DNA of 64,000 bases, taken from assembly GCA_040754395.1 (NCBI GenBank), contig JBFMCL010000008.1, forward strand, positions 50,823 through 114,822, written 5' to 3'. The translations under genes and the position numbers were made by a program. Origin of the DNA: Nitrospirota bacterium (GTDB lineage: Bacteria; Nitrospirota; Thermodesulfovibrionia; Thermodesulfovibrionales; SM23-35). A model generated the notes under the pieces. That model was not told the DNA's origin. It searched no databases and worked only from the letters and a program-made list of their open reading frames with translations. This document shows, one piece after another, positions 27,869-36,174 of the stretch (position 1 is its first letter; each line of letters opens with the position of its first letter).

Positions 27869-29464
27869 TTATTGGTACCATTCGATCCTGTTGTACGGGA
27901 CCTTCCAGTGGATGAAGTCATGCCAGATTCCGATCGGAGCTTTTTCCACACCCCTGAACCTCTTGTGAAGGACGGGAAGCGCGTCAGGTACATACAGGAA
28001 GGTATAAGGCTGGTCGTCTGAGAGGATTTCATGAATCCTGTGATAAATCTCCTTTCTCTTGCCGAGATCAAATACCCTCCTTCCTTCGAGCAGGAGCCTG
28101 TCCACCTCTTCGTTCCTGTATGAGACAAAGTTGAACTCGCCTTCCCGTGTTTTCGAGGAATGCCATATGTCGAACATGTCCGGGTCGCGTGACAGCGCCC
28201 ATCCCATGATCACCGCCTCAAAACGTTTTTTGTCGATAAATTCATGCAGCATGGCCTGCCACTCGAGCACCTTGATATTCATGCGGATGCCGATAATCCT
28301 GAGGTTTTCTTTGATGATCTGGGCGGTTTTGAGTCTTGCCTCATTCCCCTGATTTATCAGGACTGTGAATTCAAATGGTTTTCCGTTCTTTTCGAGCAGG
28401 CCATTCCGTCCCATTTTCCAGCCGGCCTCCTGTAACAGATTCACTGCCGCTTCAGGATCGTATGCAAGGTCTTTTACCTCAGGGTTATATGCCCATGATT
28501 CCGGGGGAAAGGGGCCTGTACAGGGGGTGCCGTATCCAAGAAGCACCCCTGCGATGATATCTCCTTTGTTTATTGCGTGGGTGATCGCCTGCCTGACCCT
28601 CCTGTCGGAAAACCTTGGGTCGAGCAGGTTGTATCCCAAATAGGTATATCCGAAAGAGGGATATCTGAATTTCTGAAAATATTTATTGAAGAATTCGGTG
28701 TCCGCCTGAAGCTTGTATTGAGGTGGCGTCAGCCCCATGAAATCTATGCCGCCGAATTTGAGTTCGAGGAACATCGTTGCGGTATCAGGGATGACCCTTG
28801 CAATGTACCTTGCGATATTCGCTTTTCCCTCGAAATAGCGGTCAAACGCTTCAAGTACGATTTTCTGGCCGGTAACCCATTCCTTTAACCTGTAAGGGCC
28901 TGTTCCTACAGGGTTTCTGCTGAATACCTCATTTGTGATATCTTTGCCTTCAAGCAGATGTTTAGGGATTATTCCCATCCCCCATGATTCGAGGGCAGGT
29001 GCATAAGGTTCCTTATAAAGGACTTTTACCGTATATCGGTCAATTACCTCAACCCGCTGAACCGGGCCGAAATTACTGCTGTAGGGTGTCGGGATCCGGG
29101 GGTCGATGACGGTATTATAGGTGAAGAGCACATCGTCGGCCGAGAATTCGGCTCCGTCATGCCACAGGACTCCCTTCCGCAGATGGAAGACAATCTGCAG
29201 GCCATCTGGCGAGACGTCCCATGATTCAGCAAGATCCCCTGTTATTTTGATGTTCCTGTCATATTTGGTGAGCCCGTTATAGATCCAGCCGCTTATGTCT
29301 CCGGAGGCACTGTCGGATGCAAGAAGCGGCAGCAGCCGTTTCGCATCTGCGAGGGAGCCTAATGTAATCGCGTCAGGTTTCTTAATTTCAGGTTCCCGGG
29401 TGCAGGAAAAAGAGGAGAGTATCAGGAGCAGAAAGAGCAAAAATACGGGGGAAAATTTTTTCAC
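27869..29464 (-). CDS. Peptide ABC transporter substrate-binding lipoprotein (family 5)
   Basis: Lipobox FSC; GDLAESW, WHDG, PVGTGPY, VRQAI; start uncertain (GTG 29464 or 29470). Confidence 0.9.
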   Translation of the reverse strand: MKKFSPVFLLFLLLILSSFSCTREPEIKKPDAITLGSLADAKRLLPLLASDSASGDISGWIYNGLTKYDRNIKITGDLAESWDVSPDGLQIVFHLRKGVLWHDGAEFSADDVLFTYNTVIDPRIPTPYSSNFGPVQRVEVIDRYTVKVLYKEPYAPALESWGMGIIPKHLLEGKDITNEVFSRNPVGTGPYRLKEWVTGQKIVLEAFDRYFEGKANIARYIARVIPDTATMFLELKFGGIDFMGLTPPQYKLQADTEFFNKYFQKFRYPSFGYTYLGYNLLDPRFSDRRVRQAITHAINKGDIIAGVLLGYGTPCTGPFPPESWAYNPEVKDLAYDPEAAVNLLQEAGWKMGRNGLLEKNGKPFEFTVLINQGNEARLKTAQIIKENLRIIGIRMNIKVLEWQAMLHEFIDKKRFEAVIMGWALSRDPDMFDIWHSSKTREGEFNFVSYRNEEVDRLLLEGRRVFDLGKRKEIYHRIHEILSDDQPYTFLYVPDALPVLHKRFRGVEKAPIGIWHDFIHWKVPYNRIEWYQ

Positions 29465-29571
29465 ATGCACTTCATCCCGTACCTCTCCGCGTGTATTTCT
29501 GAAACATCTGAACTCCAATCAGCGGGCAAAAGCCAGCAGGCTTTGTCGTCCTTCTTTCGGCGAAGGGGATT

Positions 29572-29706
29572 TCAGCATTTTTTCTCAGGAGTCTCCGACC
29601 CCTTTTTTTTCGGTATTCATGTCGAGACCCCCAGTTTGGGGAACACGAAAAACATCAGGACAATCCATACCACCAGGATAATCAGACCTGTGATCCAGTC
29701 GTTCAA
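29572..29706 (-). CDS. Putative 44-aa single-TM selenoprotein (MNDWITGLIILVVWIVLMFFVFPKLGVST-U-IPKKKGSETPEKKC)
   Basis: AAGGAGG RBS, TTG start at 29706, hydrophobic helix, in-frame TGA at 29617-29619 followed by a SECIS-like hairpin; not in the ORF track. Confidence 0.7.
29587..29603 (-). promoter_or_regulatory. Putative bacterial SECIS element of the small selenoprotein
   Basis: AGGGGUC-GGA-GACUCCU hairpin; apical loop starts 20 nt after the UGA. Confidence 0.65.
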
Positions 29707-29732
29707 TAGTACCTCCTTTGGTAAAGCACGTC

Positions 29733-30500
29733 TTATTTCCTGTCAATAAACGCCTTTAAAGCCTGTGCGTCCAGAAACCCGGCGACTACACGTCCGTCTG
29801 GCATTATCATGGTGGGAGCGCCGGTAATCCCGAGTTTTGCGGCGAGCTTTATATTGTCATCCACCACGGAAGTCTTGCATTTTGGCGCCGGGATCTGCTT
29901 TTTCTCAAATGCCTTCTCGAGCAGCTCGAGCGAATTCTCACATACGATCGCCTTTGCCTTATCATATGCAGCCGGATGCATCCTGAGAGGAAACATCTTT
30001 ATATAAAAGGCGATGTCTTTTCTTTCCCTGACTACCTTCTTCATCTCCTGATGAAGTTTCGCACAGTGAGGTCAGTCAGGATCATCAAACACAATAACCT
30101 TGTTTTTCGCGCTTTGTAACCCCACCACAAGCGCGTCTTTCAGAGGGATCTGGGAGGCGTTGACCTTTTTTATTTCAGCGAGACGCTCCCGCGTCAGATT
30201 CCTCTGTCCCTGGACTGTCAGGAGAGAGCCTGAAAACAGGTGTTTTTTGGGGAGATCCACATAGATTATCCCCTTTTTCCCCTGTGAGTCCACGCCGACT
30301 TCCCAGAGATATTTCACAGGGCCGGGGTTTACGCTCATCACCTTGATGTTCTGATCCAGATTTTTCATGATAGCAGCGGCTTCCTCTTTCTTCAGGGAGT
30401 GACATTTGTGACAGTCCTGTCCCTTCGAGGAGAAGGCCGGGAGATCATTGGCCGAAAACAGGAAAAGGACAGCACACACGAGAAAAAATGCCCTTCGCAT
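29733..30500 (-). CDS. DsbC-family thiol:disulfide oxidoreductase selenoprotein (UPHC active site, N-terminal CxxCH), 255 aa
   Basis: Track ORFs 30072-30545 and 29733-30044 are one frame joined across TGA 30072-30074 (VFDDPD-U-PHCAKLH); cis-Pro loop GITGAPT; signal peptide; AGGAGG RBS. Confidence 0.9.
30039..30056 (-). promoter_or_regulatory. Putative bacterial SECIS element of the DsbC-like gene
   Basis: CUUCAUC-AGGA-GAUGAAG perfect 7-bp stem; loop 22 nt after the UGA. Confidence 0.75.
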
Positions 30501-30576
30501 TGTTCTACCTCCTGTATATCTGATATTACCATAAAAGGAATTCATATGCGTATCACATTAATGGTAATATATTTTC

Positions 30577-32370
30577 ATGAGCGACACCGCAAGGGATTCC
30601 CTGTTCCAGATACTTACCGAAGAAGGGCTTCTCAGTGAAGAGCATATCCGGATGATCAAGTCCAAGGAAACCCTGCTGAGGTCTAAGATCCTGAAATCCA
30701 AAACTCCGGGCCTCCGGCCGAATATTGTCGACCAGTCTCTTGTATCGCTGATCGATATTATCGAGTCGCTGCGGCTGAGCACACCGAAGACACATGGCAA
30801 GATCATAACCGCGGACATGATCATGACCGCAGTCGCCAGGCATCTTCAGATGCCCTTTATAAAGATCGATCCCCTGAAGCTGAACTACGATCTGGTGACA
30901 CAGATAATTTCGAGGCCATATGCGATCAGGCACCAGATTGTACCGATAGCCCTGTCAGATAATACGCTGACGGTTGCAACTGCAGACCCCTTTGATACTG
31001 AGGCTATTGACTGGATTCAGAGGGTTACGGGGTACAGGGTTGAGAGGGTGGTGACGACAAAAGCGGACATCCTGAAAATAATCACGGAATTCTACGGGTT
31101 CAAGTCCGCGATAACCTCCGCACACAAGGAAATAGATACGAAGACAGACCTCAGTGATCTTGAACAGTATGTCAGGCTGAAATCTATCACGGAACTCGAG
31201 GCAACAGACCAGCATATTGTCAACGCCCTTGAATACCTTCTTCACTATGCATATTCGAGCAGGGCTTCGGACATTCATATAGAACCCAAGAGGGAATTCA
31301 GCCTGATACGCTTCCGCATCGACGGGATTCTGCATAATATCCACAAGATACCGAAGGCTGTGCATCCGCCGATTGTTTCAAGGATCAAGACACTGGCAAG
31401 AATGGATATCTCCGAAAAGCGGAGACCCCAGGACGGAAGGATCAAGACTGCCTATGAAGGAAAAGAGATCGAACTCCGCATCTCTTCCATCCCGGTCACC
31501 TTCGGAGAAAAGATCGTCGTCAGGATATTTGATCCCATAATTCTCATGCAGGATATCGGGGAACTGGGTTTTTTCCCGAAGGAACTGCAGATGGTGAAAT
31601 CCTTTATTGCCAACACTCATGGAATCATTCTCGTGACAGGACCGACGGGAAGCGGCAAGACCACGACACTGTATTCGCTTCTCAGAATACTGTCAACTTC
31701 GGAAGTGAACGTGTGTACCATCGAAGATCCGATTGAGATGGTCTATGAGGGATTCAATCAGACTGCGGTTCATCCTCACATTGACCTTACATTCGCCAAC
31801 TGCCTGAGACATCTGCTCAGGCAGGACCCTGATATTATCATGGTCGGTGAGATAAGGGACCTCGAGACAGCAGAGAACGCCATACAGGCAGCACTGACGG
31901 GTCATCTCGTGTTTTCGACACTGCATACCAATGATGCGCCGAGTTCAATAACAAGATTGATCGATCTCGGGGTTCCCCCGTTTCTGCTCAATGCAACAGT
32001 GCTTGGGGTTATGGCCCAGAGGCTTGTCAGAAAGGTCTGCATTCACTGCAGGGAAGAGTATGCCCTTTCAAGGGACGAGTGCATTATTCTGAAGATCGAT
32101 TATGAGAAGGCAAAGAATTATAAGGTGGCAATCGGCAGGGGGTGCGAGGAATGCAGGGGCACAGGGTACCTCGGACGGACAGGTATTTTTGAAATGATGC
32201 AAATGACCGAAAAGGTCAGGGAACACGTGCATGAGAATACTTCACCCCAGCTTATCAAAAAGATTGCCCTGGGCCAGGGAATGAATTCCCTGAGAGAGAA
32301 TGCCATCAGGAAACTTCTTCAGGGGACCACCACAGTCGATGAGGTTATCAGGGTAACCGGAATCATGTAA
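30577..32370 (+). CDS. GspE/PilB family secretion ATPase
   Basis: ASDIHIEP, PQDGR, GPTGSGKTTT, LRQDPD, TGHLVFSTLHTND, two CxxC Zn motifs. Confidence 0.93.
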   Translation: MSDTARDSLFQILTEEGLLSEEHIRMIKSKETLLRSKILKSKTPGLRPNIVDQSLVSLIDIIESLRLSTPKTHGKIITADMIMTAVARHLQMPFIKIDPLKLNYDLVTQIISRPYAIRHQIVPIALSDNTLTVATADPFDTEAIDWIQRVTGYRVERVVTTKADILKIITEFYGFKSAITSAHKEIDTKTDLSDLEQYVRLKSITELEATDQHIVNALEYLLHYAYSSRASDIHIEPKREFSLIRFRIDGILHNIHKIPKAVHPPIVSRIKTLARMDISEKRRPQDGRIKTAYEGKEIELRISSIPVTFGEKIVVRIFDPIILMQDIGELGFFPKELQMVKSFIANTHGIILVTGPTGSGKTTTLYSLLRILSTSEVNVCTIEDPIEMVYEGFNQTAVHPHIDLTFANCLRHLLRQDPDIIMVGEIRDLETAENAIQAALTGHLVFSTLHTNDAPSSITRLIDLGVPPFLLNATVLGVMAQRLVRKVCIHCREEYALSRDECIILKIDYEKAKNYKVAIGRGCEECRGTGYLGRTGIFEMMQMTEKVREHVHENTSPQLIKKIALGQGMNSLRENAIRKLLQGTTTVDEVIRVTGIM

Positions 32371-32443
32371 CGGATGGCGGTTCCGTTATCGTCAGTCTGA
32401 ATACACAATGAGTTTGTGAATAATCCGAAGGGGGAGGTGCAGT

Positions 32444-32473
32444 ATGAAGGTTGTGGCGTTCAACGGGAGTCCG
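32444..32473 (+). pseudogene. 5' stub of a flavodoxin / NADPH-dependent FMN reductase gene
   Basis: GGAGG RBS then MKVVAFNGSP, after which similarity stops at the convergent cupin gene. Confidence 0.5.
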
Positions 32474-32481
32474 ATACAGTT

Positions 32482-32958
32482 TTATGAGGAATCAAGGATT
32501 TTCGGCGTGTCTCTTTTTGCGTTGACGATACAAAAAAACCCGAAGGGCTCGGTGGAAGTATTCAGCAACTGGTGGGGCTCTGACGGACTGATGTAAAGTG
32601 TATCAAGAAAGCTGATGACATGCCTCTTTTTGCCCACCTTGCAGATCCCCTTGCCACGTATCCCGATTACCACATGCTCATGCCTGTGCTTTTCGAAGCT
32701 GCTGTAACCGCCGGGCGCTATCTCGAAATACCTCAGATGAAATTTCGCGGATTCGCCTCGACTGCCGATCAGGGTCTTTCTTAAGATATCGGACCAGTGC
32801 ATGCCTGATGGCTTGTATTTTTCCGTTTTGACCCCCTGCCAGGAGAAACCGCCTTTGTATCTGTAGATTCGGCTTGTCGTGCCACCTTTTCTGCCTCCCT
32901 TACGGCTGCTCACGAAATCGCAGAAAAGGGCATTATTTTCTTTGCTGCGGCGTTTCAT
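32482..32958 (-). CDS. Cupin-domain protein
   Basis: LRYFEIAPGGYSSFEKHRHEHVV, EPHQL, GFFCIV. Confidence 0.85.
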   Translation of the reverse strand: MKRRSKENNALFCDFVSSRKGGRKGGTTSRIYRYKGGFSWQGVKTEKYKPSGMHWSDILRKTLIGSRGESAKFHLRYFEIAPGGYSSFEKHRHEHVVIGIRGKGICKVGKKRHVISFLDTLYISPSEPHQLLNTSTEPFGFFCIVNAKRDTPKILDSS

Positions 32959-33000
32959 TTCTTCTTCCTGAAACCGATAAGAGTGCAATTTTTGCAGATA

Positions 33001-34032
33001 TCAACTCTCATTAAAATTTACCATGACTTTCAGCGAATCACCTGCATGCGCGGTAAGAGCGAACGCATCCGATGCCTGTTCCAGCGGAAACCGGTGGGTA
33101 ACAAGTGCGTCGGCTCTGACGGTCCCTTCTTCTATGATTTCGAGTGCGTCCGCGGTGTCGGTCGGGCCGCAGGAATAACTGGTAATGATGTTGATATCCC
33201 TGAAATACAGGCGGTTAGGGTCTATCACAAGAGTTTCTCCCGGTTTTGCAGGCGTGAAAAAAAGCACGGAGCCTCCTTCGCCTGCAGATTCCAGTCCCTG
33301 TCTCATCGCTTCGACACTGTTCGGACCGACAATAACCACATCGGCGAGTTTCCCCTTCGTCATATCCCTGAGGGCATCCGCAAGGGCATGCCTTGAGACA
33401 TCAATAACCTCATCAGCCCCGAATTCCTTTGCTTTCTGAAGTCTGAAACTGATCAGGTCAGCGCCGATAATCCTGCCTGCACCGTATTTTCTGGAAAGCA
33501 GGACATTCAGCTGCCCCATGACACCGAGACCGAGGATGAGGACAGTATCACCGCGTTTTATTCCGGTCCTTTTCAATGCCTTCACCACACATGCAGTCGG
33601 CTCTATGAGCGTTCCGTCTTCATAGGAAAGACTGTCAGGCAGGTTCAGGGTATCATGTTCAAGGTTTGTCTCGGGTATCAGGATATACTCGGACAGGCCG
33701 CCGGGTATTATCCGGGTGTTTTTCCAGGTGGCGCACTGGACATAATCTCCTCTCCTGCAGTTCCTGCATATGAAACAGGGCGCATGGTGATGGACAAAAA
33801 CCCTGTCTCCTGTCCTGAAGGATGAGACATCATGACCTGTTTCAACGATCTCACCCGCAGGTTCGTGTCCGGGGACAAGCGGAGCCTTTTTTTCGATATA
33901 CCAGGGCATCACGTCTCCGGAACAGATGCCGCACGCCCTGGTCCTGAGCAGCACCTCCCGGGGACCGACTTCAGGAATCGGCATATCCTCTATGCGGATG
34001 TCGTGCAGACTGTATAATTTTGCAGCTTTCAT
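33001..34032 (-). CDS. Zn-dependent alcohol/polyol dehydrogenase
   Basis: CGICSGD, GHEPAG, CxxCxxC...C structural Zn site, GLGVMG. Confidence 0.9.
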   Translation of the reverse strand: MKAAKLYSLHDIRIEDMPIPEVGPREVLLRTRACGICSGDVMPWYIEKKAPLVPGHEPAGEIVETGHDVSSFRTGDRVFVHHHAPCFICRNCRRGDYVQCATWKNTRIIPGGLSEYILIPETNLEHDTLNLPDSLSYEDGTLIEPTACVVKALKRTGIKRGDTVLILGLGVMGQLNVLLSRKYGAGRIIGADLISFRLQKAKEFGADEVIDVSRHALADALRDMTKGKLADVVIVGPNSVEAMRQGLESAGEGGSVLFFTPAKPGETLVIDPNRLYFRDINIITSYSCGPTDTADALEIIEEGTVRADALVTHRFPLEQASDAFALTAHAGDSLKVMVNFNES

Positions 34033-34036
34033 GTGA

Positions 34037-35071
34037 TCAGGGTATGATTGCGTATTTGATTCCGGCGCCCTCAGAAAGCTTCTCGAACGCTTTCTGTATG
34101 CTGGTGAGCGGATATCTTCCGGAAACAAGACGTGACACGCCGAGCCTTCCGAGAAGCCCGTATGCCTTTTTTACATCATCCGGTGTATAGTGAAAGGTGC
34201 CTTTCAGGGTTATTTCGTCGTAGTGCAGCTTTCCGGCATCAAAGGCAACGGTTGTGGATGATTTACAGCCGCCGAAGAGCATAACGGTACCGCCTTTTCT
34301 CGCGTAATAGACAGATGCCTCCCATACCCCGGGCATGCCGGTGCATTCGAAGACATAATCAAAGCCGATGAAATCAGTGAGCGTATTCCTTCGTACAATC
34401 TCCCGCCGCCCCTTTTTTATCACGGGGGGGGTATTTTTCCATACGAAATCCGCACCGAGGTTTTTCGCAATCCTCAGCTTGCTGTCATGTTTGTCTGCAA
34501 TGGTGACTATTGCCTTTTTTTCTTTGAGGAGCAGAAGGTGAAGGAGGCCGACGGGTCCTGCACCAAAGATTAATGCGTGGGCTCCCTTTTTTATATCAAG
34601 TGTGCTCATGCCATGCACTACACACGAAAGGGGTTCAAGGAATGCAGCCTCCTCAAAAGAGAGCGCCGCGGGTTTGCGGAATGCATTCTGCCTGACTATG
34701 TGGGAAGGCAGGACGAGGTATTCGGAGAATGCCCCGAGGACCTTCGTGCGCATGATATGTTCGCAGAGATTGTAGAGTTTTATCCTGCAGAAGACACATT
34801 GCAGGCATGGTCCGCTGTGTACTGCCATTATTGCATCGCCTTCCCTGAATCTTCTGACACCTTTTCCGGTTTCAGCCACGATCCCTGAAAATTCATGTCC
34901 CAACGCCCCGGGCATGGGAATCATCGGGTGCCCCCGCCTGAATGCCTTCAGGTCGGTACCGCAGGTAAGCGCTGTTTTAATTTGGATGAGGACTTCACCA
35001 CGGGCGGGAGTTGGTTGCGGTATTTCCCGGAGTTCGATTTTCCCGGGTCTCACAAGAAAGGTGGCCAGCAA
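34037..35071 (-). CDS. Zn-dependent alcohol/polyol dehydrogenase
   Basis: CGTD, GHEFSG, CLQCVFC...C, GAGPVG; TTG start at 35071. Confidence 0.9.
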   Translation of the reverse strand: MLATFLVRPGKIELREIPQPTPARGEVLIQIKTALTCGTDLKAFRRGHPMIPMPGALGHEFSGIVAETGKGVRRFREGDAIMAVHSGPCLQCVFCRIKLYNLCEHIMRTKVLGAFSEYLVLPSHIVRQNAFRKPAALSFEEAAFLEPLSCVVHGMSTLDIKKGAHALIFGAGPVGLLHLLLLKEKKAIVTIADKHDSKLRIAKNLGADFVWKNTPPVIKKGRREIVRRNTLTDFIGFDYVFECTGMPGVWEASVYYARKGGTVMLFGGCKSSTTVAFDAGKLHYDEITLKGTFHYTPDDVKKAYGLLGRLGVSRLVSGRYPLTSIQKAFEKLSEGAGIKYAIIP

Positions 35072-35073
35072 GA

Positions 35074-35322
35074 TTACAGCTCCAGTTTTCCGCCGACTAC
35101 CTGTCCGATGATTGCGGCAAGAGCAAGCAAGGGAAGATACTTGAATTCGATGTGGGAAATAGTCCTCGCAATGAATATAATAGGGATAGGGACATGGATA
35201 TACAGGAACCACCGGAAAGAGAATCTCCGTGATTTTGCCCTCGCATACCCGAATGGCAGGTTAATCAGGAGGGTGAATAAGAGCAGCAACAGCACGGCAT
35301 ACATTTTATTATGGAACTCCAT
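35074..35322 (-). CDS. Small hypothetical membrane protein
   Basis: INLPFGY...WFLYIHVPIP hydrophobic ORF coupled to the dehydrogenase genes. Confidence 0.7.
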   Translation of the reverse strand: MEFHNKMYAVLLLLLFTLLINLPFGYARAKSRRFSFRWFLYIHVPIPIIFIARTISHIEFKYLPLLALAAIIGQVVGGKLEL

Positions 35323-35424
35323 AGTGAAAAATACCCTAAAGGGTAGGTCTAAGTCAATCGACCGGAACATATCCCGTATCTGTCCGGAATGCGTGAAACG
35401 ATTATGTGAAAGGGGAATTGCGTC

Positions 35425-35646
35425 ATGAATGGAGCAACAGCTTCCGGTATTGAGGAAAAAATACGCACTGTGCTGGAGAGTTTGGAATGTATTCTTACTG
35501 CACATGAAAGTTGTGCGGAGCTGATAGAAGTGAGTGACAATAAGGCGGTGATTTATTGCGGAGGACCCTGCAAACAGTGCGACAACAGATGTATCGAGGG
35601 CGCGATTAAGGATGTGCTTCCGGACATTGAAGTGATTATCAGGTAA
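35425..35646 (+). CDS. NifU C-terminal (Nfu)-like small protein
   Basis: IEEKIRTVL...ELIEV...GPCKQC...IEGAIK pattern. Confidence 0.6.
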   Translation: MNGATASGIEEKIRTVLESLECILTAHESCAELIEVSDNKAVIYCGGPCKQCDNRCIEGAIKDVLPDIEVIIR

Positions 35647-35700
35647 CCCCGCAAGGAATGGAGGGGGTGAGGGATACGCTCACCCGCAGCAGCTTCATTT

Positions 35701-36114
35701 ATGCCGAAGAAAAAAAGGACTTTTGCCGAGAGAAAAAAGGCGGCTCTGCAGAAAAAGACGGAAAATGAATACGAATCACTCTGCAGGAGATGCGGATTAT
35801 GCTGTCATATTAAAATCGGGTTGGTAGACGGAACATATGTGATTCATCCGACAAAGACCTGCAAGTATCTGACTGAGGAGAACCTCTGCAGCGTGTACAG
35901 GAACAGATTTGATATCGGAGATACCGTTATCTGTTTCAGGCGCGAAGATATGATCAGCAAGGACCATATTCTTCCCGAGGGGTGTCCGTATGCCGAACTC
36001 AGGCCGGGATATAAGCCCGCCCGAATTGTGACTCAGTCGGAGTTTGACCGGATCATCGTGGAAGAGATTGAATCGGGAAATTACAACATCCTTTTGGTCG
36101 ACCGGGTATTCTGA
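35701..36114 (+). CDS. YkgJ-like cysteine-cluster protein
   Basis: CRRCGLCC, CKYL, CSVYRNR, LPEGCPY. Confidence 0.75.
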   Translation: MPKKKRTFAERKKAALQKKTENEYESLCRRCGLCCHIKIGLVDGTYVIHPTKTCKYLTEENLCSVYRNRFDIGDTVICFRREDMISKDHILPEGCPYAELRPGYKPARIVTQSEFDRIIVEEIESGNYNILLVDRVF

Positions 36115-36174
36115 TTTTCTGCTGATGTACTGCAAATGCGAGCGCGCTGTGAGGAAGAACGTATCGGGCTGACA

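Noticed and set aside
29520..29574. Possible second Sec at the TGA after Cys44 of the micro-protein (a C-U motif)
   Set aside because: The following hairpin (CCTTC/GAAGG) is short, its loop lies only about 10 nt from the UGA, and it lacks the GGAGA apex. Treated as the true stop.
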